DNA of 64,000 bases from Octopus sinensis. Its lineage: Eukaryota. The notes beneath the pieces are model-generated. The model worked only from the letters and a program-made list of their open reading frames with translations. It ran no database searches and had not been told where the DNA came from. Location of the stretch: the NCBI RefSeq assembly GCF_006345805.1, contig NC_043012.1, forward strand, positions 57,288,001 to 57,352,000, in the 5' to 3' direction. This document shows positions 1 through 13,371 of this stretch, one piece after another. How positions within the stretch are numbered: the stretch's first letter is position 1; each line of letters starts with the position of its first letter. The translations under genes were made by a program, and so were the position numbers.

Positions 1-65
1 CATTTACATAATATCGAGGTCTTATTCATTCTTTTGTTGTCATGTTATTATTATTATTATTATTA

Positions 66-66
<1 letters not shown>

Positions 67-129
<63 letters not shown>

Positions 130-130
130 T
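67..130. repeat. (TA)n microsatellite preceded by (TAT)n
   Basis: Directly visible perfect dinucleotide run. Confidence 0.95.
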
Positions 131-368
131 AAATAATATAGGGTTGAGTTCAGTTTGAACCTTTTTACTTTGGCGGGTTGTCTAAATTTAGATTTCTAAT
201 AAAGATTCTTCATATTAAATTTGTAGCTTACTATGTTTTTTTTTTAAATATGAAAATTTTTACAAGAGCATTTATAGAACTCGTATCCTATATAAACTCA
301 ACAAACAAAGATGGAGAAGAGAGGATGTTAAAATTTTATGAAATTTTAATAGATAGATATATAATATA

Positions 369-400
<32 letters not shown>

Positions 401-839
401 ATCTCTTGTCAGTATATGTACTTTTATCATTGTTGACACAGCAGATAAAGTTACAGTTTGAGGTAAATTGCTGAATATATTAGGCGTTAAAAGAAGAGGA
501 AGCAAGGCAATTTGTTTTGTTAATGAACTCATACTAATTTTAGATTTAGTAGAATAATGTCAGAGACCAGTTCCGAAATGCACAACAAAATTCTTTGACA
601 TTTTAATTAGAGAACAAAAAACAGAAACTAATATAAGTGTACGTGTCATGATGACTTTTCCAGAATGTAACTTGTACTAAATCATATATACACATACACA
701 CGTACACACATGCGTGCGCATGCACACACATACACTTCATTTGATTTTGTTGACTTAAAACGAATTTCATATTAATGTGAAGGATTACTCAATACTTTTA
801 GTTAAAGTACATATTTGTAATTCTGTATTTGTGTGTGCT

Positions 840-844
840 TATTT

Positions 845-879
<35 letters not shown>

Positions 880-982
880 CATATACATATATAATCAAAT
901 CTATATATGTGTGGTGTGTGTGGGTATGTATATATACATACACACACACACACACACATATATTTATATAAATATAAATACA

Positions 983-1019
<37 letters not shown>

Positions 1020-1333
1020 ATATCTATCTACACACACACATATATATATATATGTATATATTATGTATATATATATATGTATATGTGTATAAATCTGTCT
1101 ACATATATATAGACACATATATATATATAATCTACACACACACACACACACATATATATATATGAAACTTACTTGGAAAAGGATGCGTGGCATTCGATCA
1201 TATAATAATATAAATAATATATAAATATATGCATATATACATACATGTATATATACAATATATGTAGGTATGTACATATATGTATGTATATATGCATACA
1301 TTTATATATTATTTATATATTATATATGTACTA

Positions 1334-1374
<41 letters not shown>

Positions 1375-1375
1375 A
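840..1375. repeat. Compound (TATC)n/(TA)n/(CA)n microsatellite field
   Basis: Directly visible; explains the YIYI/THTH ORFs at 777-1301. Confidence 0.95.
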
Positions 1376-1846
1376 ACAGGAAAATGTTTTAAATAAAAAA
1401 TTATTACATTGAATCTTTGCTTCATAACTTGGAGAAATATGCAACAGTTAGAAAATGGTAAAAAAAAAGACAAAAGAAAAGAAAAGAAGGAAAATGCCGA
1501 TATTAAAACCGTTGAAAATCCAAACGAATATCAGGGCGTGGCAGTAGTGGTAATGGTAGGGGTAGGGAAGTCCTCGAAATTTAATAACTAAAAATAAGAT
1601 ATATTTACAGAATATGAAATTAAAATATTTTACTGGTCTTATTTTTTTTTAAATATATTTTTTTTTAATATATTGTTTTACTATGTGGGCATCTAGTGGT
1701 GGTGGTGGTGGTGGCGGTGGTGATAGTAGTGTGAGGTTTACTTGTTAGAGAGAAATGTTTTTACAGCTGGATGCTTTTCCAACTTTCTAAGCCGCTCGAC
1801 CATGAAATAGGAGTAGAAACCAGTTTTGTGTGTGTGTGTGTGTGTT

Positions 1847-1879
<33 letters not shown>

Positions 1880-2419
1880 ATGTGTGTGTTAGTGCACATG
1901 TGTTTAGTCAGGCAAACTAGAGCAATCAGAATTAGATGTATTGCTCATGGTTGCAAAACATTAGGATGGAAGTGTGATTTGAACTTACATCTGTGCGATC
2001 AATAATCCATTGTCTAAAATCACTCCTTTGTTTGGAAATAGAATAAGCAAAGGGCAAAAATTTGAATGAACTAATGGGAAAAATTTCAATAAATATAATT
2101 CTTAAGGAGTTGTTGTGTTGAATAATGTATGGGGAAAATTCAATTAAAATTTTGGATGGAGAAAGGAAACAAATACCTAGTGGGAATTATTAGCATCTCT
2201 CAAAGACAAAGAAAGTTAATGTCAAGAAATTAAGACTCAATTTCACAAAATTAATTTACATGCTAAGGATGGTAAAGCCTGGTTATTGTCTACAGGCAAG
2301 ATGGATAACTGCAAACATGTTCCTGCCTCATTAAACCTCATTAGAACATCACAGTCTAATCAACTGAACCCAGAACCATGTGGTTGGTAAGCAAGCTACT
2401 TACCTCACAGCCACTCAAT

Positions 2420-3230
2420 ATCTCTCCGTGGTCTCGAGCTCATGCTATGAGATGTTTTGAGCTTTTATGAGAAGCCTGATGTACATGCTATAAATACCAT
2501 CTTGAAACTCCTTCATAGTTAATATGTTGGTGCTATAGAAAAGAATGGTCACCAACCTTGTTAACTTTGAAGTACTTGATTGCTAAAAATTTTGATGTTT
2601 GTTACAGCAGCTCTAGGCTTGTCTCTGGTGGATCAGAAAGTCTTTGGTACTCACAGCAACACTGGATTCGGTGTTCTTAAGGTTGCTGAACTCCATAAAT
2701 TGTGAGCCATCATGGAACTAACTGACATGTGACTATCTGCTCTTTTGTAGTTGAAGAAAAAATTGTTGTCAAGTTTGGTCTTAGGTAGCTCTGTTTTACC
2801 AAGAAGCAACCCCAAATCTAGACATTGGCCAGTAATTTTCTCCCACTCAATGTGGACCTGTGAGGAATCTCACTTGTCGTTTAATTCTCTTTGAGTGACC
2901 CTGAGGGCAGCATGCTTGTTTTCGGGAGATGCTGTTGTCAAGTTCAAATAGAGAATGAAGACCATTCAGCTACAGTGATATTATTGGCAGAAACACACAG
3001 TATAAAATTGAGGATATACCAAAGCTGATGGAGATCAGAGACTGTTAGTGAAGCATTATGAAATGCATCTACGTTATGAATGCTTAAAGAAATAGCCAAA
3101 ATTTTCCATAACCCTTTATACAGGTAAAAGATCTTTGTGGATCCAACAAAGCAGGCTTGAACAAACAAATGAGGTCCAGTAATACAGAAACATGTCAGCA
3201 GTCGTGCCCCCTTATCTACAAACACAGATC
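2420..3230 (-). mobile_element. Highly decayed LINE-like remnant (possibly CR1/L2-type ORF2 endonuclease-to-RT linker)
   Basis: Higher-GC unique segment. Broken minus-strand frames give FNYKRAD and ARDH..I, loosely like CR1-type ORF2 motifs. Many stops; weak similarity by eye only. Confidence 0.3.
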
Positions 3231-3402
3231 AGGTTTACTCCATTAGGTACATGAATAATTAATTTTGAGGAACTAATCCTTAATCTCTATAAATTATCAC
3301 CCTGTTTTTACTGAGAGTCGCTAACAATTGTTGCTAAGTATTAAAAGAGTTAACGTGATCTAGAAGAAAATAAAAACGGGAATAATAATAATAATAATAA
3401 TG

Positions 3403-3434
<32 letters not shown>

Positions 3435-4089
3435 CAATGACCTGAAACAGCCTGTCATTTGTTATAGCAAAGAGTTCAGTAGTGTGAAAATATATAAAGT
3501 GATTTGTCTGAAGAGGTTTAGAAAATTATATGGCTAATGATTCTGCTAACATTTTTTTCCTTTCTTTTACCTTTTTTTTTTTTCTCCTCTATATATTCCA
3601 CCGATGTTAAAATGTGCTCTAAACACTGTTTGAATGACAAGACTGCTGAATCATTAATTCAGTCACTAATATCAACTGGCATTTGATACATCCATGGTGC
3701 TTATCAATATTGACCATCGTTATTTAATTGCTAGTTTCCCTTCGTACAAGATATTGGTCTGTTTTCTTTATTTTTATTCGTTTTTTTTCCTTTTACTTTT
3801 TGTTTTCGCCTCCTGTCTGTCTGTCTATCCAGTTATTTATTTTATTTACTTTGTTTTTTTTCTATTCTTTTTTTTTTGTGTGTGTATGTGTCTGTGTTTT
3901 TTGTTTTTTTTTGCTGATACGTATCATCGCAGTATAGAAGAGCATGGGTGTCAAGATGTCATTAAATTTCATTAATTTCTAACAAAGTAGTAAGATAAAG
4001 GGGAAAGAGAAAATGGAGTTTGGCAGAGACAGTAGATTTGATCTCTGCTTGAAATGTCTAAATGCCTAACAGATTTTAAATGAGGGAGC

Positions 4090-4750
4090 CTTTACGTGAG
4101 GTGGTGGACCAACAGAACTGATCAAGAATTGTAGAAAAATATCTTGTGATATATGCTTAGCCCAGTTCTTCATGTTCTGAATTTAAATACCATTGAGGTT
4201 AACTTTGCCTATTAGGTTAATAAAATAACCTTTCCGGGGTTAATAAAATAAAGCACCAGTTTAGAGCAGAGAGCTGGCAAAATTGTAAGCGTGCCATAGA
4301 CAGTCTCTTGGTATTTGTTCTGCTCAACTTTTTATGTTCTGAATTCAAACCCAGCTGAGGTCAACCTTGTCCTCCCGGGGCTAATAATGTAAACATAAAT
4401 CCAAGGCAGTGGCGTGGCAGAATTATTAGAGTCCTACCTGACTCTTTATGTTCTCAGTTCAAATCCTACCCAAGTCAAATTTGCCTTTTATCCTCTTTGA
4501 GTCAATAAATTAAACTTTCAGTCCAGGGTAGCATATTGACAAAATTGTTTGAGCATTGGACACAATAACTTGCAGGATTTATTCTACCTAACTCCTTCCA
4601 TTCAGAGTTCAAATCCTGCAGTGATCAACTTTGCCTTTCATCCTTCTGGGGTTGATAAAATAGTTTATGTCAGTTTAGTATGGTAGTTTAGCAGAATTAT
4701 TAAGAGTGTTGGGTAAAATGCCTTGTAATATTTATTCCAGTTCTTTTACA
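4090..4750 (+). mobile_element. Cluster of about 4-5 degenerate SINE family B fragments
   Basis: Repeated tRNA-like head (gcagaatt..tagc) and ttctgagttcaaat..gaggtcaactttgcctttcatcc..gggg..ataaaata core shared with the intact B copies. Confidence 0.75.
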
Positions 4751-5302
4751 TTCCGAATGGATAGGCAGGAATGGTAAGCTTGTTTGTATCCTGCCAATGA
4801 AATGGTGTCTTTGAAGAAAAAACACACATAGACAAGAAGGCAACAGGAAGTCATGTTTGTATTCTACTATGAAAACTTCTGTGACAAACATAGAGTACTT
4901 GCCAGGAATTTCACCAGAGGGCGTTCATTAACTTGATGGAGTAATAAGTGGAAGCCTATACACAGTCTCATAAGCTGTTAGACATAACAACCAAATATTC
5001 CTCAAATTGCCCTCTCTTCACTTCCTTTTGATTTACGTAAATGAAGCACATTAAAACAGAAGACAGGATTGTCACAATTGGAATGTCTTTGATTTTAAGT
5101 CTACTTAATTAAGGCTGACCAGCGACAAAAAACAACAATAATGAGAACAAAAACAACAAAATCATGGAAATTTGTTCTTATGTGGCTGCCGATCCATGCC
5201 AGCATGGAAAATGGACGTTAAACGTCAATGGCAATAATGATGATGATGATGTATGTATATATATATATATAATATACACATACATACATTACATACATAC
5301 AT

Positions 5303-5356
<54 letters not shown>

Positions 5357-5375
5357 TATATATATATACATACAC

Positions 5376-5416
<41 letters not shown>

Positions 5417-5887
5417 CATATATACATACATACATACATATATATATATTTTGTGTGTATGTGTGTATATTTATGTGTGTCTGTGTGTGTATCTATGAAT
5501 GCGTGTGTTTGTATCTATGATATGAATGATAGAACTAAATAGAAGTATAAATAGAGAGATAAATGAAGTGTGAGAAGGAGAGAGAGAGAGAGATGGAGAG
5601 TAAGTAGAAAGAGAAAGACTGTCTGAGTAACAGGATAAAGCAACAATTCTTCGGGGACTTGGAGACAATATATATATATGATAGCAATAACAATAATAAT
5701 AAACAAAACAAAGAATATAAGAATACAAAAGCAACAAAAAAAAAATATATATAAAAATAGAAGACAATTTACAGATCAGCCTGGCAGAATCAGTAGTCAT
5801 CAAAGACCAAAGAAGCATGACAAAACAAACAGATATTGAGTGATAACGATAACACATTGATAATGAATAATAACTATTACTCTGTCA

Positions 5888-5927
5888 TCATATTTGACAA
5901 CAGTGACAGCATAACGGCCAGTTGTCT
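5888..5927 (-). CDS. Putative short exon of an unidentified minus-strand gene (coding part if terminal: K|DNWPLCCHCCQI*)
   Basis: Acceptor tttattctctcag immediately upstream. When joined to 9148-9176 and 13700-13713 the frame is open to TGA at 5888-5890. An alternative donor GTAATA at 5875-5880 also exists. Confidence 0.35.
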
Positions 5928-6429
5928 CTGAGAGAATAAAAGCCAATTATTTCACATTTAGAAAATAATGTTTGACTTAGTATAAAAATACAGAAAAAAA
6001 AACACCCCCCAAAAAAAACACAAAGCGCTTATTTATTTTTGTTCATTTTTTTTTTTGGTTTTGTTTTTATAGCGAGTCTAAAGTGGACCGGAACTTATAC
6101 TAATTGCTTTCGGTATATAAATATTTCAGCCATTTTCTTCAATTTTATTATTATTATCATCATTATTATTGTTTTTTTCCATTTGACATTTTGCTCTCTC
6201 TTTTATTAGCTCCAGTCATTGAACTGTGGCCAAGCTGGTGCACCGCCTTAAAGGGTGTTTTTTTTTTCTTTTAATAAATATTTTTTGTTTTCTGTGTTTT
6301 TTATTTTTCACTTGATGCTATTGATTGTAGAAACTTTGTCGAGCACAAGTTTTATTGATCTCAGTTGGTAAAAGGAAAGGTTAAGTTGACCTTGGCATAA
6401 AGGGATGTAACCAGAGTATAAAGCCATCA

Positions 6430-6670
6430 TTTGTCTTTGCACTGGATACTGGTTTCCAATTTCAGCACAAGGCCAGCAAGTTCTGAGGAGGGGTGTAAAT
6501 TGATTACATTGACCCCAGGACTCAACTGGTACTTATTTTATCAACCCTGAAAAAATGAAAGGCAGAGTCGACCTTGGTAGAACTTGAACTCAGAACATAA
6601 AGACAGACAAAATGCTTAGCAGCATTTTACCCAGCACAGTAATGACTCCACTAGCTCGTCACCTTCAACT
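6430..6670 (-). mobile_element. SINE family B copy
   Basis: Reverse complement of the B head and core (gaaaggcagagtcgaccttggtagaacttgaactcagaac). Confidence 0.8.
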
Positions 6671-6689
6671 TTGCATTAATATTACTTTC

Positions 6690-7170
6690 ATGTTTGGGTT
6701 GGTGCCACCTCTGAGTGTCACAACTTGCTTGATTGAATCCAGACAGACTTGTCAACATGGTGAGTCCTCTTCTTTCTACAAGACTGGATGTCTTTGGCTC
6801 ATCGTTGAAATATATCTTCATTGAGTCTTTTCGATAAGTATTTCCATGGTGATTCTTCTGACAAGCTTCCTGGTCTGGAACACACTGTCAAGACCTTTAA
6901 AACATATCATCTGCTTCTCTTCCCAAGCACATCGTTTCTCTGTTGGGCTTCCTGTTAATAAACAAGTCCTTTTATGCCAATTGCTTCTTTCTTAGAACTG
7001 TTGCTCTCGGGAGCTCACAGCCGTCATCATGTTGTCCTCAGCTCTATGATATTCCATCCAGTAAGCTTTCTGACAACTGACATCTGTTGAGTTTGTAGAC
7101 CCCACTTTTTTTCCCTTCTCTGTAGTCTTCTTACACTCCTGAGCCCTCAGGCCTTATTTGAAACAAAATT
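6690..7170 (-). mobile_element. Decayed retroelement-like coding remnant
   Basis: Non-repetitive, balanced-GC segment with a partly open, stop-interrupted minus frame (EEKQMICFKGLDSVFQTRKLVRRITME...). Family not identified. Confidence 0.25.
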
Positions 7171-7478
7171 GTATTGAAAAGAAAACGGCATAAAGGAGAA
7201 GTAACCAAGTGGCACAAGACATTTTTGTTTTAGCACTTTACTGACTCTGCTATGCTCCAACCTCTGTATTGAATTCTTTTTCAGTGAATGCTATTTGTCT
7301 CTTTTTTTTTTTAATAATAATATAGCAATAACTTCAAATCAACATGCTTATCATTGTCACATCGACTTTTCCATGCTGGCATCGGTTAGATGTGAGTTTC
7401 GGGGCAACTGTTTTACAGCAGGTTGCATTTCTTGGAGGAAATCCATTTGTGATACACATGGATACTGTATTTCTCATA

Positions 7479-7884
7479 TTCTTTTATTTGTTTCAGTCAT
7501 TTGAGTGTGGCCATGCTGGAGCACTACCTTTAGTCAAACAAATTGACCCCAGGACTTATTTTATCGGTCTCTGTTACTGAACCTCTAAGTTAAAGGGATG
7601 TAAACACACCAACATCATTTGTCAAGTGATGGTGGGGGGGGGGACAAACAGCGATACACAAACATATACACATATATCTACCAATCTATCTATATATATA
7701 ATATATATATATATATATGTACATGATGGGCTTCTTTCAGTTTCCTTCTACCAAATCCACTCACTAGGCTTTGGTCAGCCCAAGGCTACAGTAGAAGACA
7801 CTCGCCCAAGGTGTCACACAGTGGGACTGAACTTGGAACCATGTGACCATGTGGTTGGTAAGCAAGCTACTTACCACACAGCTG
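7479..7884 (-). mobile_element. SINE family A (tRNA-derived, internal (TA)n)
   Basis: Matches the copy at 14109-14505 in reverse orientation. Confidence 0.9.
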
Positions 7885-8329
7885 GGGTACCAATATTAGC
7901 TTTATACCTACATATTTATTATTCTTTAACAAGAATAGTATTGACAATGAATATGAACAATTAGCCAGCTAAACCATTATTGAACTGTCTGATGATAACT
8001 CAGCTGGACAAAACTTCAAAGTTACTGCCAATGCTAATTTTGTTAAAAAACAACAAACTTGTACTTTACCGAAAGTATTGAGTAATCCTTCAGTTTAATG
8101 TAAAATTGTTTTTATAGTAACATAAAAACAAACATTGATATATATATAGCCACACACACACACAAGAGGCAATAGACATGGCTTGCAGGCAAGGCCGTGT
8201 GATTAAGAGATTTGCTTCACAATCCTATGGCCTTAGGTTCAATTCCACTGCACAATATCTTGGCCATATGCCAACTAATGCCTTGTGAGTGAAATCAGTT
8301 GATGGAAACTGCATGGAAACATGGGAAGA

Positions 8330-8600
8330 GTCAGCAGAAGAGGAGAGTCCATGAAAAGATATTAGAAGAAAGAAGTGGTGAAGTCTGATGCTAAGAAACT
8401 GCACTTCACAATGGAGGAGGTGATGAAAGACTGCAACAAGATGTGAGATGCTATGATGAAATAGACCCATCAAACCCATGCTAGCATGGAAAAAAAAAAT
8501 GTATGATGATGGTGGTAGTAATGATGATGATGATGATGATGGCAGTGGGTGGTAGTTATGATGATAATGATGATGATGATGATGATGATGATGCTGATGA
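8330..8600 (+). mobile_element. RTE-like LINE 3' end with aacccatgctagcatggaaaa + (GAT)n tail
   Basis: Similar to the RTE 3' fragment near 15100-15230 and ends in the same tail as SINE family C. Confidence 0.55.
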
Positions 8601-9147
8601 CAATGATGACGATAGCATGTGTAGCTAGGGTTACATTACCCAATGGTAAGTTGATAGCTGAGCGAGATTTGGCTGCTGTTTCTAGCAAACCAAGCCAAGC
8701 CACCACATAAGGCTGCTCCCTTCTCCCCACCGCTTTCTCCCTCTTGGCATGTGACTAAAGCAATTTACTTGACTGGCAACCATCGTACAGTTGAATGGTT
8801 AGTGATATGATAAGTATCCGGCTGAGCAACAATTGGTCTAACCAAAACAACCATCCTAAACAACGCTACCATAGAAATATGGATGCACAAAAGAGCAATA
8901 AATAAATAAGTAAATAAATACATAAAACAAGCAAAAAAAAAATGTTACTGAACTTATCAAAAAGCTTAATCAATTCACGAGGAGCCAAAGTATTGGTAGG
9001 TTTTTTTTTGTATGCTTGTTTGATTTTTTTAATTTAATTTTCTTTTTTTTATATGGATCAGAACTGGAATTAAAAACGTCCCCTCCTTGATTTATTAAAA
9101 ATATATCTGCATAATACAGACTGGCTAATTAATGTTTGGAGACTCAC

Positions 9148-9176
9148 TTCTTCTCAAAAGGGATACTGCTTCCATC
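9148..9176 (-). CDS. Putative 29-nt exon (DGSSIPFEK, or MEAVSLLRR in another frame)
   Basis: Acceptor ttacttccag after a T-rich tract; consensus donor GTGAGT at 9142-9147; lies in unique sequence. Confidence 0.45.
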
Positions 9177-9626
9177 CTGGAAGTAATATCCATAATCAGA
9201 TTGTTTCAATGTTAAACAAAACAAACAGAACAAAAAAAAAATTCTTTTATATTCTTTGATGTTTATTGAGTAGTATTTAAAAAAAAGGAAAAAAAAAAAA
9301 AATAACAGCACAGGAGTGGTTTGTGCTACAAATACATAAAAATGATTATAGAATTCCCATAAGACTCCTTATGATCAAACACTAAGAAATTGAGCAATCA
9401 GCAAGTTTCTAAAGAAATCAATCAGCGTGCTAGAAATAGCAGCCAAATTTCTGCAAACTATTTCCTGCTATTTTAAAATAATAATAATAAAAAAAAAAAT
9501 GCCTAAGAATGCATTGGATAAGGTAGTATATAAAACTGAGCTTATTATATACCAGGTGTGAGAAACAGGTCATCATCAACGGGCCACATCACCAAAAAAA
9601 AAAAAAAATTCAAGGTAATTTTTGAT

Positions 9627-9800
9627 AGGTGCAGGCATGGTTGTGTGGTATCAAGTTTTCTTCCTAACCACATGATTCCAGGTTCAGTCCCACTGCATGT
9701 CACCTTGGGCAAGTGTCTACTACTATATCCTTGGGCTGACCAAAGCCATCTAAATAGATCTGGTAGAAGGAAACTGAAAGAAGTCCATCGAATGTATATA
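9627..9800 (+). mobile_element. SINE family A, 5' half
   Basis: Head ggttgtgtggta..ggttcagtcccactg..caccttgggcaagtgtc. Confidence 0.85.
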
Positions 9801-9804
9801 TATA

Positions 9805-10111
9805 TTCTTTTATCCTTTTACTTGTTTCAGTTATTTTTGACAGTGACCATGATGGAGCATCGCCTTAAATGATTATAGTCGAAGAAATCACACCCAGGAT
9901 CTATTCTTTGTAAGCCTAGTACTTATTCTATTGGTCTCTTATGTTGAACTGCTAAGTTATGGGGACGTAAACACATCAACATCGGTTGTCAAATGATGGT
10001 GGGGAGACAAACAGACACAAATACACACACATAAATATATACATATATATATATATATATATACATACATATACATACATATATATATATATATACATAT
10101 ATATACATATC

Positions 10112-10142
<31 letters not shown>

Positions 10143-10144
10143 AT

Positions 10145-10195
<51 letters not shown>

Positions 10196-10388
10196 TATAT
10201 ACATATATTATATATATATACAATGGGCTTCTTTCAGTTTTCATCTACCAAAGTCTTAATCCACTTACAATGCTTTGGTTGGCCTGAGGCTATAGCAGAA
10301 GACACTTGCTCAAGGTGCTAGGCAGTGGAACTGAACCCGGAACCATGTGGTTGGGAAGCACGCTTCTTACCACATGGCCAAGCCTGTA
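9805..10388 (-). mobile_element. SINE family A with expanded internal (TA)n
   Basis: Full-length reverse copy abutting the + strand half copy. Confidence 0.9.
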
Positions 10389-10468
10389 CCCCCAAAATAA
10401 TTCTCCACCACAAATTAATATATCTGGGTACATATTTAAAATATCTTAGTCAAAGACTTTAAAAAATC

Positions 10469-10563
10469 TGCCCCGAGCGAGGATCAAACTCACAACCTTC
10501 AGATTTCCTCCTATTTGAGATGTGGTCATGAGACTGATGGACTACCTACAGCACTACCAACTC
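10469..10563 (-). tRNA. tRNA-Met(CAT)-like pseudogene with a 22-nt insertion at the canonical 37/38 intron site
   Basis: Minus strand reads gagttgg ta gtgc tgtaggta gtcc a tcagt CT CAT g [accacatctcaaataggaggaa] a tctga aggtt gtgag TTTGATC ctcgc tcggggc a, followed by ga + TTTTTT terminator. It matches the elongator tRNA-Met layout (TCAGT/TCTGA anticodon stem). The 5' acceptor stem, A14 and C56 are mutated. Confidence 0.8.
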
Positions 10564-10570
10564 GATATAG

Positions 10571-10576
<6 letters not shown>

Positions 10577-10605
<29 letters not shown>

Positions 10606-10666
10606 TGTATGTATGTATGTATGTATGTATGTATGTATGTATGTATGTGTGTGTGTGTGTGTGTAT
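10577..10666. repeat. (TATG)n then (TG)n microsatellite
   Basis: Directly visible. Confidence 0.95.
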
Positions 10667-11574
10667 AGCCTTCTAGAAGGTCAGCTGTTAGACATTGAAA
10701 CTGTAGTGAGCTGATGTTTAGAGAAACAATACATTGAAGATATGGTCAGTGACTGACAGAGTTTTCATCTTATTGCATGTCTCCAGATATCTTCCAGCAG
10801 GTTGAAATTCTGGACAGGATGAGGTTTCCAGACTGGAGATGCAAGCTGTAAATATGAGATGTACCATAGCCATAAATAGCTTTCAATAGATAGCTATGTC
10901 TGATAGAATAAAAAAATAAAAGATGGAATGATTATCTTATGACTTTGATCATAAATCTGCCTGCTCAGGGCTGCTTTGATACTAAGCAACAATAGCAATG
11001 ACAATAACAACAACTGCAATAACAGCAGTAGTAACCAACTCTCCATTTTTTTTTTCATTTTTTTTTTGTATTTTTTGTATTACTGTTGCCGAGTATCTTA
11101 AGTTGATTAGTTGGTAAGATGTAAGAAATGACAACTTTCATTTACAATATTTTCATATATCTGTATCGGGTTTGAAAAATTCATAGCTTTGAGCAGTTTT
11201 TATTTCAATGTTGTTCAATTATGTTATTTCATGAATAGGAGGTTGCTGTACGAAATATCAAAAATAAACGTTTTTGAAAATATACTGTTATAGCCAACTA
11301 TTGTAATGCTTCTAAATGACAGTATGGTTCAGAAGCTCACTTTGCAACCGTGTAAGTTTGTCTTAAGTCCTACATTGCAGTACCTTGGGCATGTGTCTTT
11401 TCTAAGTACTTTGTGTTGCCCACTGCCTTTTAAGCGAATTTGGTAGATGGAAACTAAAAGAAGGCCATCATGTAAATATATATATGTGTGTGTGTGTGTG
11501 TATGTGTGTATGCAAAAATGTGTGTGCATGTGTGTATCCTTATTTTGTCATCACTTGATGTTGTAAATGATCAT

Positions 11575-11795
11575 CAGTGTCGTACATGCAATGTTGTTTG
11601 TTTCTAGAATTCTATGGAAACCACGTCTGGCCACGGCGAAATATTACGTTGCTTGGAAACAAGTGAGAGTTGGAGACAGGAAGAGCGTCCGGTGAGTGAT
11701 ATCAAATCTGCCCCAACAACAAATTCTATCTGATCCATGGAAGCATACCACATTAAAAGTGGACATTAAAATGATGATGATGACAATGATGAGCA
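11575..11795 (+). mobile_element. SINE family C variant (C2) with (GAT)n tail
   Basis: Related copies at about 34140-34390 and 41040-41165 (ggtgacaggaagggca.cc..caaattc.gtctgatccatgcaa.catggaaaagcggac). Confidence 0.7.
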
Positions 11796-11809
11796 TTGGG
11801 CAAGTGAAA

Positions 11810-12232
11810 TCGAAATTGAACCAATCGTATGACTGGCATCTCCTCAATGGATCTCCCCTGTGCTTGAGGAGATCCATTGAGTCAAGTACACCAACATCAA
11901 AATCAATGGAAACTGCAGTTGTGATCCCTGTGCTGGTGGCACGTGAAAAGCACCAGCCGAACGTGGCCGATGCCAGCGCCGCCTCGACTGGCTTCCGTGC
12001 CGGTGGCACGTAAAATGCGCCAATCCGATTGTGGCCGTTGCCAGCCTTGCCTGGCACGTAAAAAGCACCCACTACACTCATGGAGTGGTTGGCATTAGGA
12101 AGGGCATCCAGCTGTAGAAACTCTGCCAGATCAGACTGGAGCCTGGTGCAGCCTTCTGGCTTCCCAGATCCCCGGTCGAACCATCCAGCCCATGCTAGCA
12201 TGGAAAGCGGACGCTAAACAATGATGATGATT
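11810..12232 (+). mobile_element. SINE family C (gtgccggtggcacgtaaaaagcacc units + gaagggcatccagctgtag + RTE-like tail)
   Basis: Well-preserved copy ending aacccatgctagcatggaaagcggacg..(gat)n. Confidence 0.85.
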
Positions 12233-12314
12233 TCTATTGCTTTCATAAGTGTCTGGCATTCAGGAGCGTAATCTGACAAGAATAACTGACTTCTTAGACT
12301 TCATCATTTTATAT

Positions 12315-12735
12315 TTCTTTTATCTTTTACTTGCTTCAATCATTAAACTGTGGCCATGATGGGGCACTGCCTTGAAAAATTTCAGACCGAATGAATCACT
12401 CTCCAGTAGTTATTTTTTAAGTTTGGTACCTATTCTATCAGTCTCTTTTGCCAAACTGCTAAGTTACAGGGGAAAACAACATGAATGTCAGTTATCGAGT
12501 GGTAGTGAGCACAAACACAAACATAGACACAAAGACACAGACGCACACAGATTTACACACACACAGATTCACACACACACACGATGGGCTTCTTACAGTT
12601 TCCGTCTACCAAATCTACAAGACTTTGGTCTGTCCGAGGCAATAGTAGAAAACACTTGCCCAAGGTGCCATGCAGTGGGACTGAACCTGGAACCATGTGG
12701 TCAGGGAGCAACATTCTTATCGCACAGTCACAACT
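12315..12735 (-). mobile_element. SINE family A
   Basis: Reverse copy with internal (CA)n. Confidence 0.85.
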
Positions 12736-12982
12736 GTGCCATTTTTAGCCCTTTTGACACCAACTTGTCTGAGATCAACCCTTAGTTCCATGATACAAAT
12801 TTATTGTTCAAAAGTGATCTAAATTAAGATATTTCATTAAAATTTCATGTTAATTAATATTCCATACACTTTCATAATGCTTATTAAAACAAACTTCGTC
12901 AGTTTGATAATGATAAAGTTCTTTTAGTAAATTCAGCATCATTTTCAAAATTAACCGAAAGCAGTGTATTTCAACAGGAATA

Positions 12983-13167
12983 TTCTTTTATTCTTTTACT
13001 TGTTTCAGTCATTTGACTGTGGCCATGCTGGAGCACTGCCTTTAGTCGAATCAAATTGACTCCAGGTCTTATTTTTTGCCGAACCGCTAAGTTACGGGGA
13101 CGTAAACACACCAGCATCGGTTGTCAAGCAATGTTGGAGGGACAAACACAGATACACACACACACAT

Positions 13168-13210
<43 letters not shown>

Positions 13211-13371
13211 TATACGATGGGCTTCTTTCAGTTTCCGTCTACCAAATCCACTCACAAGGCTTTGGTCAGCTCGAGGCTATACTAGAAGACACTTGCCCAG
13301 GGTGCCACGCAGTGGGACTGAACCCCGGAACTATGTGGTTGATAAGCAAGCTACATACCACACAGCCACTC
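12983..13371 (-). mobile_element. SINE family A
   Basis: Well-preserved reverse copy. Confidence 0.9.

Noticed and set aside
178-660. 63-aa ORF and adjacent sequence as a gene or as a third copy of the 45200 repeat
   Set aside because: It starts with TTG, is interrupted by (TA)n, and similarity to 45500-45800 is too weak to assert by eye.
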